A stretch of DNA of 64,000 bases from assembly GCA_028687275.1 (NCBI GenBank), contig JAQUAK010000001.1, forward strand, positions 100,213 to 164,212, read 5' to 3'. The stretch is from Patescibacteria group bacterium. GTDB lineage: Bacteria; Patescibacteriota; Patescibacteriia; Patescibacteriales; UBA12465. This document shows positions 62,949-64,000 of the stretch, in pieces. The stretch's first letter is position 1, and the number at the start of each line of letters is the position of its first letter. A model generated the notes under the pieces. That model was not told the origin of the DNA. It did not search any database and worked only from the letters and a program-made list of their open reading frames with translations. The position numbers and the translations under genes were made by a program.

Positions 62949-62981
62949 GCCCGTTGCTAATTTTTGCAGCGGGCTTTTTTT
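62949..62981 (+). terminator. rho-independent terminator
   Basis: gcccgttgc-taattttt-gcagcgggc followed by T7. Confidence 0.8.
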
Positions 62982-63172
62982 ATACAAAATACAAACAGAG
63001 ATGTTGGGGATTTTAAACTTTAAGATTGCAGTCATTTTTTGAATATGTTATAATATTTTTATCACTCAGCAGGGTGAAATATTTAATTATTTATTTAATA
63101 TTTATTATGCTAACTACGAAGCGGCGAAGTACTCGCCTAAGTGGACGAAGTACTCGCCCCTCAAGCTCTAAT

Positions 63173-63379
63173 ATGAAAAAAATTTCAATCGGTCCTTTGT
63201 TGGCTATTGTTGTGCTAGTTATTTTAACTGCTACTTATGTCTACATGACCTATCAGGTAAGTAGCCAGCAGAAAAAAATAGAAACTTTGCAAACAACAAT
63301 CGCCCAGGACTCACAAACAGTTTCTGAGGTGGTTAATTTTATCAACGCTAGTGTAGCTGATACTCAAGCAGCTAGATAA
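63173..63379 (+). CDS. small membrane-anchored protein (paralog of 63446..63685)
   Basis: I chose the start MKKISIGPLLAIVVLVIL. QTVSEVVNFINASV is paralogous to QAVTEIVSFINQAT in the next ORF. Confidence 0.55.
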   Translation: MKKISIGPLLAIVVLVILTATYVYMTYQVSSQQKKIETLQTTIAQDSQTVSEVVNFINASVADTQAAR

Positions 63380-63445
63380 TAATAAATAATTTCTCTTTAA
63401 ACCGTCTTGCTCATTTAGCAGCGGTCAAGAGCTACATTAAATCAT

Positions 63446-63685
63446 ATGAAAAAAGAATTAGTTTTCCCTTTAATCGTCGGTTTAGTTTTAGGTGTTTTAA
63501 TAATGTTATTCTGGCAGCTAAATGTTAAGATGAATAACGGCTCTGCTCGTTTAGCTCAGTTAGAGCAGGCTACTAACGCTAATACTCAAGCTGTTACTGA
63601 AATTGTTAGCTTTATTAATCAGGCTACTGGTCAGACTGGTGCTAATGGTGCTGCTCAAACTCCAGAGGCAACTCCAGCTCAATAA
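63446..63685 (+). CDS. small membrane-anchored protein (paralog)
   Basis: 79-aa ORF with a TM anchor, sharing its C-terminal motif with the previous ORF. Confidence 0.6.
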   Translation: MKKELVFPLIVGLVLGVLIMLFWQLNVKMNNGSARLAQLEQATNANTQAVTEIVSFINQATGQTGANGAAQTPEATPAQ

Positions 63686-63705
63686 TTTTAAATTATCACT
63701 CTTTC

Positions 63706-63735
63706 AAAAACGCCCCAATTTAAGGGGCGTTTTTT
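63706..63735 (+). terminator. rho-independent terminator
   Basis: cgcccc-aatttaa-ggggcg followed by T5. Confidence 0.8.
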
Positions 63736-63817
63736 GGTGTAATCTTTTTAAAGCGTCTGGTAGGGGCGTTTTTTATCCTCTTTTTAATGTGCTATAATAA
63801 GCATATAATTTATCCTT

Positions 63818-64000
63818 ATGAATAAAATAGAGGCAAAATTAAGAATAGAAAAATTAAAGCAGGAGATTGATTATCACCGACGTGAATATCATGTTTTTGA
63901 CCGGGAGACAATCTCGCCGGCAGCTTTAGATAGTCTAAAAAATGAATTATTTTCTTTGGAAAATGAGTATCCTGAATTTATTAGTGCCGACTCACCTACC
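63818..64000 (+). CDS. ligA: NAD-dependent DNA ligase, 5' end (runs off the window)
   Basis: My hand translation MNKIEAKLRIEKLKQEIDYHRREYHVFDRETISPAALDSLKNELFSLENEYPEFISADSPT matches the LigA Ia/adenylation N-terminus. Confidence 0.8.
   Translation, partial: MNKIEAKLRIEKLKQEIDYHRREYHVFDRETISPAALDSLKNELFSLENEYPEFISADSPT

Noticed and set aside
1-64000. Alternative genetic code (UGA recoding as in Gracilibacteria/Absconditabacteria)
   Set aside because: Conserved genes (thrS, pilB, pilC, maeA) and the 1300-2150-aa giants read through intact under the standard code and end at sensible stops.

Overview
This is an AT-rich, gene-dense bacterial window read with the standard genetic code. Gene content resembles a Patescibacteria/CPR-type genome: a short ThrRS behind a T-box, ComFC, FemAB, YbeY, LigA, malic enzyme, a type IV pilus (T4P) cluster and many membrane-anchored hypotheticals. 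This placement is inferred from gene content only. Layout: (1) 0-5.2 kb holds tRNA-Arg and tRNA-Ser, then an accessory patch of small modules separated by repeats that resemble a tRNA 3' end. The patch carries RelB/DinJ-YafQ, a MazG fragment, and truncated U32 peptidase and AbiEii genes. (2) 5.5-29 kb holds housekeeping genes plus pilMNO-pilB-pilC-pilin and four minor pilins. (3) 29.3-61.1 kb is an accessory island of five giant secreted repeat proteins (about 770-2150 aa). Four of them share 16 near-identical in-frame copies of a 162-bp cassette, and four membrane-anchored cupredoxin-like paralogs are interleaved with them. An orphan reverse transcriptase (RT) operon sits just after the first giant gene. 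It consists of a 279-nt non-coding unit closed by a 29-bp stem, a 411-aa RT with a VGDD catalytic box, an ABC-exporter-like protein with all ATPase motifs substituted, and a membrane-anchored PLD protein. This operon is my top candidate for an undescribed system. It has DGR-like placement but no TR/VR pair, and its ncRNA layout resembles retrons or DRT2 while the RT motifs resemble group II intron RTs. (4) 61.2-63.0 kb is a visibly GC-richer two-gene insert with Bacteroidota hallmarks: an SC-type lipoprotein signal and a T9SS C-terminal sorting domain. (5) The window ends with two small paralogs and the 5' end of ligA. I saw no rRNA, CRISPR array, transposase or integrase.
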